From positions 1 to 40,327 of the IMG/VR virus record IMGVR_UViG_3300020181_000018: 40,327 bases of DNA; one strand, 5' to 3'. Origin of the DNA: a virus (taxonomy: Duplodnaviria; Caudoviricetes). Positions 23,913-33,834 of the stretch are shown here, piece after piece; the first letter of the stretch is position 1; every line of letters starts with the position of its first letter. The translations under genes and the position numbers were made by a program. The notes below the pieces were generated by a model. The model was not told the DNA's origin. It worked only from the letters and a program-made list of their open reading frames with translations, and ran no database searches.

Positions 23913-26231
23913 TCAGACCTTGAAGAACCAGTCGGCGTCCGTGCCGTGCGGGAACGAGTAGCCCGATGCCGGGCGAGCCTCGACCTCGGTGGACTCGGTG
24001 ATCGCAGGCAGTGCACCAGCGGACTTCTCGACGTTGTCGACGAAGTACTTCACACCCGTGGTGTTCGGGATGGTGATGACCTTCGTGTCCGCGTTGTAAG
24101 CGGGCTGCGTCGGGGAAACGACGATACCGGCGTCCTTCTTGATGACGATCGCCGACTTCGGAACCGTGAGAGCACCCGAGACGCGAGTCTCGATCAGGTA
24201 CTTGTACTGGTTGTAGTCGATGTCGAAGTCATCGTACATACCAATACGGCCGCCCGCGTCAGCACCGACCGTGTAGTCGGCGAGGTTGACGAGGATACCG
24301 ACGACGTTCTCGTCCGTGTCCATCACGTCAACCGTGACAATACGACGCACGCGAAGAGCGGCAGCCAGTGCCTGCTCGGTCTCGAACAGACGACGGCCCA
24401 CCTTGTCCTTCTGGAGGATCAGGTCGGTGAGGATGGCGTCCGTGGTGTACAGCGTCGGGTTACCCGTGCCACGGTAGTGGCGGCGCGAGTAGAGAACTGC
24501 CTCGACGATGTCGTTCGCCTCGGTGTCCGAAGCGAGCTCAACAACGTGAGCGTAGAACTCGTCGTCGTGTGCGACCGGGCGGATGTGGTCCTCGTCCACC
24601 TTGTCCTCGTCGTCGACCTCGCGGCCGTCACCGATGAGGATGGCGCGCGCGAGCTCCTCGTCCAGCATGAGACGCATCTCAGCCTTCAGCCACGCGATCA
24701 CATTGAAGTCGGTGATGTCGATCGTGTCGTCACGGTCGAGCTTCTGCTTCTTGTAGATCGTGGTGGGCGTGGTCGTACGCTTCAGGAGCTTGATGACCTC
24801 GTCCTTCTTGAGGTTACCCTTGACGTAACCCTTCGCGCGGGCCTCGTCGAAGGTGAGGTCCGCGACGACGGTCTTGATACGCGAGAACGGCGTGGTGCGG
24901 ACAGACGTCAGGACGTCGTTGACCCACTCGGTGCGACGCTTGAACGTCTGCGGCGTGCCATCAGGGTTCTTGGCGTCCGGGAAGAGGATATCGATGTTCT
25001 CGAATCCATAGTCAGCCGCGTGAGCGAGGGCATCCTTCAGCGAACCGTTGTGGTTGTTCTTCGCCGCGTCGATGAGCGTGGAGAACTGAGCGTGAGTCAG
25101 CGTGCCACCGATCTCAGCGCCGTTGTGAGCGACGTTGCCGTTCTGCTCGAAGAGGTTCTTGTGCATTGCGTTGAATCCTTCCTGGATCTGGTTGTCGAAG
25201 TGCGCAAGGAACTCTTCCTTGTCCTCTTCAGAAATACCGGACTGCTTGAGCTCTCCGGCGTCGGCTTCGGCGGCGTTAATCGCCTCGCCAATCATGAAAT
25301 AAACGACAGACTTCTGCTCCTCCGAGAAGGAATTGAAGACGTCCTGGACCGTCTTATCGGCGTGCTCCAGGTTCTCGTCGTTGGTGGTAGCCATGTTGTC
25401 TCCTTCAGACAGTTCTTCGGCGTGAGCGAGAGCTTCGCCAATAAGGTGATGCACCACGATCTTCTGCGTTCCTGTCAGAGAGTCAAAGACGTCTGCCATG
25501 TGTGCGTCGGCGTGGGCGAGTTCATCCGCCTGGTCAGGCGAAAGAGCGGCATTGAGAAGGCTGTGAACAACGTCCTGCTGTTCATCAGTCAGAGAGTCAA
25601 GGACTTCCTGAACCGACGTGTCTTCGTCAGTAACCTCTTCATTGTTGGTCTCGACGACCTCCGCGACCTCGGAGTTAGGCTCCGGAGTCTCAGACTTGTC
25701 GGTATTATCGGTAGCGATGACTTCCTCCTCGGAAGAACCCGCTTCATCGCCATGCATGAGCTGGAATCCTTCGTTGTAGATGTATGCCTCGTCGTCGATC
25801 GTTTGGAACGAGTCGCCGTGAACAATGTTCACATTCTCGATGATGGCACCGGGATTGGCTCCGACAAGAACGAGAGAAACCTCACGAATGTTTCCGTGAT
25901 AAACCTCGCGTCCGCCGTTGACACGACGCTCGTTGAGGTTGTTCGCGAAAATCGAGAGACACTCGACGTCCTTGTGCTTAACCATCTCCTTAGCCTGCAA
26001 GCCGGCCTCGGTGTTGTTGAAGTATCCATGACAGAACACACCGAAAGCACGATTCTCGAGGACTGCATGTCCCAGAACCATATTCGGGTCGTTGTGCTGA
26101 TGCTGCCAGACGAGAGGAACCTTCTTCTGATCCATGTGCGCAAACGCACCAGACATAATGGTTCGACCGTCGGAGCACTTCTGGTCATTGACACTGGCCC
26201 AGCCGCTAAAGTCGGGCTTCTGGTCTCCCAT
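23913..26231 (-). CDS. Fused prohead protease, scaffold and major capsid protein
   Basis: N-terminal HK97-type protease (FSGWAS, PLVWQH, LSI, IREVSLV...GANP), an acidic repeat scaffold region, an HK97-fold capsid (LDEELARAILIGDG, DFDIDYNQYKYLIETR) and a C-terminal Ig-like tail. Confidence 0.95.
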   Translation of the reverse strand: MGDQKPDFSGWASVNDQKCSDGRTIMSGAFAHMDQKKVPLVWQHQHNDPNMVLGHAVLENRAFGVFCHGYFNNTEAGLQAKEMVKHKDVECLSIFANNLNERRVNGGREVYHGNIREVSLVLVGANPGAIIENVNIVHGDSFQTIDDEAYIYNEGFQLMHGDEAGSSEEEVIATDNTDKSETPEPNSEVAEVVETNNEEVTDEDTSVQEVLDSLTDEQQDVVHSLLNAALSPDQADELAHADAHMADVFDSLTGTQKIVVHHLIGEALAHAEELSEGDNMATTNDENLEHADKTVQDVFNSFSEEQKSVVYFMIGEAINAAEADAGELKQSGISEEDKEEFLAHFDNQIQEGFNAMHKNLFEQNGNVAHNGAEIGGTLTHAQFSTLIDAAKNNHNGSLKDALAHAADYGFENIDILFPDAKNPDGTPQTFKRRTEWVNDVLTSVRTTPFSRIKTVVADLTFDEARAKGYVKGNLKKDEVIKLLKRTTTPTTIYKKQKLDRDDTIDITDFNVIAWLKAEMRLMLDEELARAILIGDGREVDDEDKVDEDHIRPVAHDDEFYAHVVELASDTEANDIVEAVLYSRRHYRGTGNPTLYTTDAILTDLILQKDKVGRRLFETEQALAAALRVRRIVTVDVMDTDENVVGILVNLADYTVGADAGGRIGMYDDFDIDYNQYKYLIETRVSGALTVPKSAIVIKKDAGIVVSPTQPAYNADTKVITIPNTTGVKYFVDNVEKSAGALPAITESTEVEARPASGYSFPHGTDADWFFKV

Positions 26232-26273
26232 TTTGAAGATCTCCTTTCCGTCTATTGATGATCTTCACACGCT

Positions 26274-27560
26274 TCAAGGTAGGCTCCCCACGGGAACTTC
26301 TCCGGCAGTCTGCGGACCCTCGATCGCCAGTTGTTCTGGCGGAACTTGGATCAACTGAGTGTCAGCTTGAGGCATGTTGGAGTTGATAAGCTGATCAGCC
26401 TTCGGATCATCGGTAACAGGCTTGTAACCAATGATTCCACGAACCTCATTCGACGAGAGAATCTCGTTACGAGTGAACTTATCCGCGATTTCAGCCAGCT
26501 GACTGATCGGAACGAGCTTGAACGGATCGCGCATGAAATCAACCGACTGGCCCTGAGTACGCGCCGTCTTGGTAATGAAGGTACGATTCAGAGCTTCGGT
26601 GATTGCACGCAAAACCGGTTCAATGGTTCGGTTGTAATAGTTCAGCATTGTTGCCTCATCTGCAGTTCCGTCGAAGACGGACTTAGTGAGGCCCAGCTGG
26701 TTGTAAAGCTGTTCGGTGAGAAATTCAATCTGCTTGAGCATGTTGTTCTCAGCAGGTCGGTTCAGCTGCGTGATCTTTTCAGCACCGTCGGTGTAGACGA
26801 TGCCGTACTTGTTCCGTGACATCTGTTCTTCGATGTCACTCTGACGCATCTTGGCCTGCTCACGCCGCTCCTCAGTCTTAATGACGTAGGGGAGTTGCAC
26901 GATGAGGTCGAGTTTTCCGGAAGCCGACACTTCGTCAACCTGATCGAGAAGGTGAAGCTTTCGAATCAGTCGCTGAAGAATCGAGTTCTGCTCGTTCATG
27001 ACTGCGTAAAGAGGATTCTCTACGATGGCCACGATTCGCTTGGGAAGAACGAGTTCGTCATGACGACCCATCTTCTGGTTCCACAGCTTCACGCGAACGT
27101 GTTCTGGAAACCAACCCACGACCTCTCCCACTCGAAGAGAGCGGATGTCGTACCCACCGGTATAGCGAGGGCTGATTGTGGTGTCAACCGGAACAATCGC
27201 AATCACACCCTTATCGAACAGGCTCATAGCCATGTCCTGTCGGAATGCAGTTGCTGCTTGATCCAGATTCGCTTCGACGGTAAGACACTCATTCAGGCCG
27301 GAATTAACCTGTTCGAGATACCGACCGTTTTCGTCACGTCGAATATGACGAATGAAGACAGACGCGACATCAACCCCAAGACGGGTGTAGATTGCGGAAA
27401 TGATCGAGCCTTCGCCGGAAATTCGAACTCGAGGACGATCAGGACGCAGTCCGTAGCTGGCACCAAAAGTGTCAGCATACTGCAGCTGATAATCGCTGTT
27501 GTTCGCTTCGTTCTCTACGAACGCGTTCCATGCATGAGATATGCGATCACGAAATCCCAC
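26274..27560 (-). CDS. Portal protein
   Basis: 428 aa, between terminase and capsid. LTVEAN, KLDLIVQLPY, RNEILSSNEVRGIIG. Confidence 0.92.
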   Translation of the reverse strand: MGFRDRISHAWNAFVENEANNSDYQLQYADTFGASYGLRPDRPRVRISGEGSIISAIYTRLGVDVASVFIRHIRRDENGRYLEQVNSGLNECLTVEANLDQAATAFRQDMAMSLFDKGVIAIVPVDTTISPRYTGGYDIRSLRVGEVVGWFPEHVRVKLWNQKMGRHDELVLPKRIVAIVENPLYAVMNEQNSILQRLIRKLHLLDQVDEVSASGKLDLIVQLPYVIKTEERREQAKMRQSDIEEQMSRNKYGIVYTDGAEKITQLNRPAENNMLKQIEFLTEQLYNQLGLTKSVFDGTADEATMLNYYNRTIEPVLRAITEALNRTFITKTARTQGQSVDFMRDPFKLVPISQLAEIADKFTRNEILSSNEVRGIIGYKPVTDDPKADQLINSNMPQADTQLIQVPPEQLAIEGPQTAGEVPVGSLP

Positions 27561-27591
27561 AAGCTACCTCCTTTCTTAAGTGATGTCGCTC

Positions 27592-28131
27592 TTACTCCCA
27601 CAGACCCTTAGTGGCGTTGAAGGAGAGCGCGACCGTTGAATATGAGGTCAGACCCTTACTTTCGGCGAAGAGCTTACGTGCTGCTTCTGCTCCGCGCTTT
27701 GTATTGATGCTATTGGCCAGGTTTGAAAGCCCCTGACTAGTAGCGCCAATTGCGATAGGGGTGGCAAGAATGGCTGCGCCAACGGCGAAACCACGAGCTG
27801 TACTGGATGCCCGCTCCTTAAAGCGAGCGGTCCCAATACGTTCGCCGTCTGCAATTCGCTTCTCGACGCGTCGCGTTCCACGAACACCAATATCATCGAT
27901 GTCCAAATTACGCATTCGAGAAGTGTATCCGGCGTTTCGAGCAGCCTCGAAATTGGCTTTACGCTCCGCCTTTACGACTTCACGCTTTTCCCTACTTCGC
28001 TGAACTGCATCACGAACTCCGGCGTTCACCGAGGAAGTCGCCGAGGCGATACCGGAGGCAGCCTTTCGGACACCCCAACGCATGCCCTTCACGCCATAAT
28101 GAGCGAGAAAATCGTCTGCGTTGTTGGTCAT
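27592..28131 (-). CDS. HYGVKGMRWG-tag protein 4 (DUF7211-like), basic
   Basis: MTNNADDFLAHYGVKGMRWGVRK. Arg/Lys-rich with one hydrophobic stretch. Confidence 0.8.
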   Translation of the reverse strand: MTNNADDFLAHYGVKGMRWGVRKAASGIASATSSVNAGVRDAVQRSREKREVVKAERKANFEAARNAGYTSRMRNLDIDDIGVRGTRRVEKRIADGERIGTARFKERASSTARGFAVGAAILATPIAIGATSQGLSNLANSINTKRGAEAARKLFAESKGLTSYSTVALSFNATKGLWE

Positions 28132-28134
28132 GAG

Positions 28135-28539
28135 TTAACCGTTGTTGGCTCGTGCGGCGCGCTCGGTCGTGACTGAGGAAACTCCCGTGGCAAGCGAAGC
28201 AAGACCAGTACCAAGACCCGCCACACTGAGAATGTTACTCGCAAGAGCTGCCCCGGCCTTAACCGATGGGTTGTTCGATCCCGCGGCAATACTCCTAAGG
28301 CCTGTACTGGCAAGGTTAGAAGCGAGAGATGTCGCAAACAACTTCCCCGCTGTGCTTCGCTGCTTGAGTGCCTTGGGGTCCGAGAATCGACCCTTGCCGT
28401 TACCGACCGCTCCCAGGAGAGCGGCTCGGGCATAGGAAGGGTTCTTCGGGCCCGCAGAAGGGTCAACGGCCTTGCGCTTCCCCCACTTCATTCCCTTCAC
28501 ACCAGCGTGCTCGAGGAATTCGTCGACCTTATCGGTCAT
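28135..28539 (-). CDS. HAGVKGMKWG-tag protein 3 (DUF7211-like)
   Basis: MTDKVDEFLEHAGVKGMKWGKRK. Ala/Gly/Ser-rich hydrophobic C-terminus. Confidence 0.8.
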   Translation of the reverse strand: MTDKVDEFLEHAGVKGMKWGKRKAVDPSAGPKNPSYARAALLGAVGNGKGRFSDPKALKQRSTAGKLFATSLASNLASTGLRSIAAGSNNPSVKAGAALASNILSVAGLGTGLASLATGVSSVTTERAARANNG

Positions 28540-28597
28540 GATTTCTCCTTATAGTTTAGAAGCAAGGAAACATTTACGTCGGTAGACATAAATCTCC

Positions 28598-30349
28598 TTA
28601 CCCAAATGCGTCTTTATTGAGCTTATAGGCGACCCATGCGTCGAGCAGTGCCGACACGTTATCGATCTTCTGATCTTGTCGCTTCTTGAGAAGCTTGCGG
28701 TTACCGTTGGTGTCTTCCATCGTAATGGCGTTACCCATGGCAAACTGCATCAGGCCCTCATCGAAGATGAGCTCACCTTCTCCGGCAAGCTTCTTCAGTT
28801 CCCCCAGAGGAACAGACTCGGTGCGAGCACCTTGAATGACCTTCTCGATACCGAACGGACCATTCTCACTTTCCCAACGAGTAACGAACTCCTTGGCGTT
28901 ATAAGGGTCATACCCAAACGCTTCGACAGTGTACTCATTAGCGATGATGAAACGATCGAGGTCGTCATAGACGGCCATCATGTCCAGGACGTTACCATCG
29001 AGCACCACAAGAGAGCCCTCTTCGAGGAATTCCTGGTACTTGATGCGCATCGAGGCCTGGAGCTTCTTCATCGTAAGCTCGGAGATATAAGATCGAGTCC
29101 GAACGCCAAACGTCCCGTTAGAAAGCGGGAAGAGGAAGGTGAAAGCACAGAAGTCATCACCCTGAGAGAGGTCCGCGCCCATGGCACAAGTCATCTTCCA
29201 GAATCGACCCTCTGCGTACGGGATCGGCTTGGTTTCATCGTAGGTGAAGAAGTAGGTATAACCCTCCATGGGAATGCCGAAGCGCTTCGCAAGGATGTCA
29301 TTACGAGCGGCAGGAACTGCTTCCATTCGCTCAACTTCTTCGTGGTAAGTGTCGTAGGTAACCGTGTGTCCGAGGTTCGGCTGAGCCTTTGGCCACATAG
29401 CGGGGAAGGCAACTTCCTCCACAGAGTCAAGCTTGTACCACCAGATTGAAGTCTGAGGAGCCCAGTAATCGCCCTTAAGGATGTTCTGGAGTTCCATTTT
29501 GATGGTATCGCCGGAACCGTTACGAACGGTACCTTCAGAGGAGATGGCGACAATCCACCAGCCCTCTTCCTTAGCTGCACCCTGCTCGAGAGCACCGATA
29601 ACGTCTTCTCGGACGTCACCAGAGAGCCACTCGTCCACGGTATTGTACTTGTTCCGATACCCCTGAAGCTTGTCGATTCGCATCGGCAGGATCTCAAGGA
29701 TCGACGCAGTCAGGAAGTTCTCGATGCCCTTCTTAGTACTAACCAGCTTCTGTCGGAGTGCTCGGTTCCCAGTGGTGTTCTGGAGAGAGCCTTCTGTGAG
29801 GAACTGGAAGTACGGACCGCGTGCTCGGTTGATGGCAGTACGGAACGGCGAGAGAACCTCGTCGGCCTGCTTCATTGTCGGAGCTGTAGCGATCTGATGC
29901 GTGGTCGAAGTATCGACGGTGAGGAAGTAAGCCTGAAGTGCCGATGCGTACATCGACTTGGCGCCACCTCGAGCAACGATCAGATACTGCTTCTTCGTAA
30001 GTCGTTGTTTCACCATCTTGCGGACGTAGTGTCCGCCGTGGTTGTCAGGAGTCGGTTCGTAAACCGTCTTCTCCTTAAAGGTGAACCACGCGAGAAGGTC
30101 TTCCGCCCACAGCTTGAACGTGTCAAGCAGCTTCATGTCGGAACCATCGGTCAGCGTGAGTTCGTCCTCGCAGAACATGATGAACCCGTTGATTGCGAGA
30201 TCATCGTAATAGTAGCGAGGGTCCTTGATGCGCTCATCAATACGAAGCATCTGCAAAGAAATCTGTTCGTTAACAGGAATTTCTCCACGCATGACCGCGT
30301 CGCGGAACATGCCGTAATACAACGGCACAGCCGTGTTTGACAGAGCCAT
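28598..30349 (-). CDS. terL: Terminase large subunit
   Basis: Walker A VARGGAKS, Walker B NTVDE, nuclease GADLS...D and KIDNVSALLD. Confidence 0.95.
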   Translation of the reverse strand: MALSNTAVPLYYGMFRDAVMRGEIPVNEQISLQMLRIDERIKDPRYYYDDLAINGFIMFCEDELTLTDGSDMKLLDTFKLWAEDLLAWFTFKEKTVYEPTPDNHGGHYVRKMVKQRLTKKQYLIVARGGAKSMYASALQAYFLTVDTSTTHQIATAPTMKQADEVLSPFRTAINRARGPYFQFLTEGSLQNTTGNRALRQKLVSTKKGIENFLTASILEILPMRIDKLQGYRNKYNTVDEWLSGDVREDVIGALEQGAAKEEGWWIVAISSEGTVRNGSGDTIKMELQNILKGDYWAPQTSIWWYKLDSVEEVAFPAMWPKAQPNLGHTVTYDTYHEEVERMEAVPAARNDILAKRFGIPMEGYTYFFTYDETKPIPYAEGRFWKMTCAMGADLSQGDDFCAFTFLFPLSNGTFGVRTRSYISELTMKKLQASMRIKYQEFLEEGSLVVLDGNVLDMMAVYDDLDRFIIANEYTVEAFGYDPYNAKEFVTRWESENGPFGIEKVIQGARTESVPLGELKKLAGEGELIFDEGLMQFAMGNAITMEDTNGNRKLLKKRQDQKIDNVSALLDAWVAYKLNKDAFG

Positions 30350-30375
30350 CAAGGACCCTCCCTTCTATATAATCG

Positions 30376-30831
30376 TTACTTCTTTAGTTTCGGAATACTT
30401 CCGGCAAGCCCTGTAGCGAGAGTTTTCACAGTCGCCTTGGTTGCAGCGCTGTCAGCAAATCCGCTCTTACCGAAACCACCCTCAAGAGCAGTCTTCACAG
30501 CCCAGACGCCCGCGCCCGCAAGTACTGTACCAGCCACTTTCGTTCCCGCATTTGCCAAGAGTTTCTTGGTGGCAGTTCGACCCGGAGCAAGATCCTCGTC
30601 AAGAAGAGCCTTAAGCTTCTTCTCCTGCTCGAGACGCTTTACCAGCTGATCGAGATCCTTATCCTTGAGAGTCTGACGGCGACGCTTGGCATCTTTCCGC
30701 TTAGCTCGAACCTTGTCTTCACGGGAGGTCCGAGCCACTCGGCCGTTTACGACGCCCTTGCGGACTCCCCATTTCATACCTCGCACACCATAGTGTGCAA
30801 AGAAATCATCTACAGAATCGGACACGGACAC
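30376..30831 (-). CDS. HYGVRGMKWG-tag protein 2 (DUF7211-like), very basic
   Basis: DDFFAHYGVRGMKWGVRK...LKDKDL...RLEQEK, then hydrophobic VAGTVLAGAGVWAV. Confidence 0.8.
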   Translation of the reverse strand: MSVSDSVDDFFAHYGVRGMKWGVRKGVVNGRVARTSREDKVRAKRKDAKRRRQTLKDKDLDQLVKRLEQEKKLKALLDEDLAPGRTATKKLLANAGTKVAGTVLAGAGVWAVKTALEGGFGKSGFADSAATKATVKTLATGLAGSIPKLKK

Positions 30832-30851
30832 CTCCTTTCAGTTTCTTAAAA

Positions 30852-31853
30852 TTATGAAGAGACCCAGCTGACAACGCCGTCTACGCTCTGAAGAGTGTAG
30901 GTTCCCGAGGTTGGGGGTTTCGGAACGACGATGTCAGACTTCAGCGCCAGTTCCCCAGACTCGACGGGTAGAGTCAACTCTATGTCTTGCCCGCCAGGTA
31001 GATCCGTCGCGGTACGAATACTCGTTTTCGTTGGATTCGAATTCGTATAGACTTGAAATTCGATCTTGTCTTTGCTAAACAGTGACCGAATATTCTCTAC
31101 ATAACTGAGAATCTCTACTCCAGCGTTCTGGATCGTCGTTACGTCCTGATCCATTCCGCCGCCGAAATTAATAGGCATTCTGAAAGACGGATATAGTTCA
31201 GCAATGTCATTCAGCGTCGGAGTCAGAGAGGCATTCGCCCACTCTGAATCCCAAACGCCGTTTGTTGCCTGTCGAGCAAATAAACTCGTTCCTGTAAACG
31301 TCTCCGGGTTAGTTCCTATCAAATAGTATGTTTGAAGTTTGGTATCATCCAAAACGATACTACCAGTGACGAAGGAAAGAATTACTTCCAATCCCGGCAC
31401 AAGAGGCTGATATAGTCTAGAAACATCAACGTTACCCACAGCAGGACCAGTAATATCGAGAAGCTCATCCTCAGTAACCACACCGTCGATAACCTTAGGC
31501 GCCGGTCCGGTGTTGCCCCCTTCGCCGCCAGTCCCATAAGCAACAAATGTTGATGGATTGACATCTACGAGATCTTCCCAATCGACACTAGTGATGTCCG
31601 GAATCTGAACAAAGCGAGGAAGATTGTTGGGTCCGGAAGGAATAATCTCAAGCTTATAGGCCTCGTTAGATTCTGTAGGCTTGAGATTCATATGGAACAA
31701 GCCGTCGTCATCCGGATGGAAAACCTTAGACAGGACAACCTTCACGATATCGTTAGGACTGTCTACTTGAAGAAGTCTCGCGACCACATTCCTTACAGCG
31801 GAGCTGCCGCCTTCAGATGATGGCTTCTTAAAGCTAGCTTCCACGACGGTCAT
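30852..31853 (-). CDS. Putative structural fibre or decoration protein
   Basis: 333 aa, in the pre-terminase structural cluster. Gly-rich linker and a C-terminal PPTSGTYTLQSVDGVVSW of the kind seen in phage fibre proteins. Confidence 0.55.
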   Translation of the reverse strand: MTVVEASFKKPSSEGGSSAVRNVVARLLQVDSPNDIVKVVLSKVFHPDDDGLFHMNLKPTESNEAYKLEIIPSGPNNLPRFVQIPDITSVDWEDLVDVNPSTFVAYGTGGEGGNTGPAPKVIDGVVTEDELLDITGPAVGNVDVSRLYQPLVPGLEVILSFVTGSIVLDDTKLQTYYLIGTNPETFTGTSLFARQATNGVWDSEWANASLTPTLNDIAELYPSFRMPINFGGGMDQDVTTIQNAGVEILSYVENIRSLFSKDKIEFQVYTNSNPTKTSIRTATDLPGGQDIELTLPVESGELALKSDIVVPKPPTSGTYTLQSVDGVVSWVSS

Positions 31854-31872
31854 TGTCTACCCTTCCAATTTC

Positions 31873-33822
31873 TTAAGAGGACCAGAGAAGCTCTGAGCCC
31901 AAATATACGGCTTCCGCCTCTTGAGCCCCCACATAGACCGACTCCCACTCCTGACCATGACCTGCATCAGGAGTGAAATCCATCGTTACGTTAAAACGCT
32001 CGACCTCAGTGGGTGCGCTATTGGTTGAGGAATAACCTTTGGCGGTGGCTGTAAGATACGTTCCGTCATCAACCAACTCGAGAACGGCATACTGCCTAGA
32101 CGAATCGGTTTTGACAGGAGGCCACGATGCTTCAGCCGGGAGACCGTATGGGTTTGCTGTGGTATGAAACGGCGCAGCATTGACAGTAGGGAAACCACCA
32201 AATGCATTGTTTAGTCCCTGGTCCACTGCAATGGCATGACGATCACCATTAGCTCTGAGAATTCTCTGATCAACTCCTGAAGCCTGAAGATATGCAACAA
32301 TCTCTTGTCGCTCCGCGTTGTATCGAGCCCATTCGTTGCCGGTTCCAGTGTTATTACTGGCAGCATGGAAGGGGCCGTCGCCAAGCCATACGACCGCTTG
32401 GTTCTCAGCCGCGGCAATATCGATCTGCTCCTTAAACCAAGCAAGTTGTGTAGCACCCAGCTTAGTTTTTCCAGGGACATCCGCAGCAGCTTTAGCACTA
32501 GCCAAAGTGAGTTCATCAGTAATGATGATACGCCAACGCTTCCAGACAATAACTCGACCTTGATTGTCCGCCATGGGTAATTCGCCATGGGCATAAATCT
32601 GTCGATGAGCACTCTGAACTGCGCCCGATGTAAAACCGATAAAGGTGCTATCGCTGTTTGCACCAGCACCATCTGCGTCAGAATATATGCACACCGAGGG
32701 CGTTTTAGCAAAGAGTGACTGCACAGGAGTTGATCGAAGCATCGGCTCTTTCAAAGCGCGAATCTCCGAAGCAACTCCGGGAGCTACTGGCCCCGCAGGG
32801 GTGTTGGAGGTCCAGAAATATCCGAGATCTCCACCACCGAAGACAAGATCGGGATCCTGAGCTACGGCATTGGCGAAAAATCCACTGGTGTAGACGTCGT
32901 AGCAAGAGCCCAAAAGAATCCTCAGCGTATCTCCTGACGGAAGCGTTCGAGTCGTCTCTGTTCGACGAACCGTATCATCAACAATGACTTGATACTCTAC
33001 GCTCTGTCCAAGACCGATAGCACTAGATGCTTTCCAGTAACCATCAGCGTCCAAAGCAGCGGGAACAACGTCTCCATCAAAGGACACCTGTACTTCAGCT
33101 GCACCAATGGCTTTTCCGGAAAGAATAAGCTCATCACCAGTTTGATTCACCGTGACATTGCTCACAAAATCCAGCGTTCCTGGAATCGGAGCGGCATCCA
33201 ATCGACCGCCATCTGTCATCCAGACGTCATACACGATCATGTCTGTGCTGTCGGCCGTATCGGGAAGCATAAAGATGTTGGTTGGTAGCGCCGACATAGT
33301 TACGGGACCCCACGTATACGTAGGTGTACCCGAAGTATCTACACTATCCCAGACGTACACAGTTACCGAAGTACCGTTCCAGTAAACCTCAACACTCCAC
33401 TGCTCATTGGCAAGCATGGGGTTTCCGAGAGCCTGCATCGGCGGGTTGCCGTAGTTGAAGGCATTTCGGGCGGCCATTTCTCGAGTACCGGAAGCGTTAC
33501 GCAACCCATTATCCCAAAGAATTGTGCTGCCGTTTCTAAACCCCATCAATTCTGCATATGTAGTTGTAGCTCCAACTACTGCAAGAAATTTAACCTTATA
33601 CCCGATTCGTCCTTCAGCTTCGTGACCGGCTAGGGACTTAGCGACGTTGGCATATCCCGTTGTTCGAGGACGCATGCCAATAACCCCCGGGGAAACTTCT
33701 GCGGCCGTGATATACCCCGCTGGAGCATAACCCATATCGAAGAAGTTTGCGGTGTTAGCCGCGGTGATGCTGGCCCCCGGAGCTATACTGGATAGATCAA
33801 GTTCTGCCCATGGTTCGGCCAT
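31873..33822 (-). CDS. PhoD-like metallophosphoesterase with an N-terminal lectin-like domain, probably virion-associated
   Basis: LRILLGSC, PDLVFGGGDLGY, SDAD, LGATQLAWF and NGDRH match PhoD / purple-acid-phosphatase motifs. C-terminal VYVG...AVYLGSELLW. Confidence 0.75.
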   Translation of the reverse strand: MAEPWAELDLSSIAPGASITAANTANFFDMGYAPAGYITAAEVSPGVIGMRPRTTGYANVAKSLAGHEAEGRIGYKVKFLAVVGATTTYAELMGFRNGSTILWDNGLRNASGTREMAARNAFNYGNPPMQALGNPMLANEQWSVEVYWNGTSVTVYVWDSVDTSGTPTYTWGPVTMSALPTNIFMLPDTADSTDMIVYDVWMTDGGRLDAAPIPGTLDFVSNVTVNQTGDELILSGKAIGAAEVQVSFDGDVVPAALDADGYWKASSAIGLGQSVEYQVIVDDTVRRTETTRTLPSGDTLRILLGSCYDVYTSGFFANAVAQDPDLVFGGGDLGYFWTSNTPAGPVAPGVASEIRALKEPMLRSTPVQSLFAKTPSVCIYSDADGAGANSDSTFIGFTSGAVQSAHRQIYAHGELPMADNQGRVIVWKRWRIIITDELTLASAKAAADVPGKTKLGATQLAWFKEQIDIAAAENQAVVWLGDGPFHAASNNTGTGNEWARYNAERQEIVAYLQASGVDQRILRANGDRHAIAVDQGLNNAFGGFPTVNAAPFHTTANPYGLPAEASWPPVKTDSSRQYAVLELVDDGTYLTATAKGYSSTNSAPTEVERFNVTMDFTPDAGHGQEWESVYVGAQEAEAVYLGSELLWSS

Positions 33823-33834
33823 TAGTCACCTGCC

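Noticed and set aside
23748-26258. 836-aa plus-strand ORF
   Set aside because: Antisense shadow of the GC3-biased capsid gene, with no recognisable motifs.
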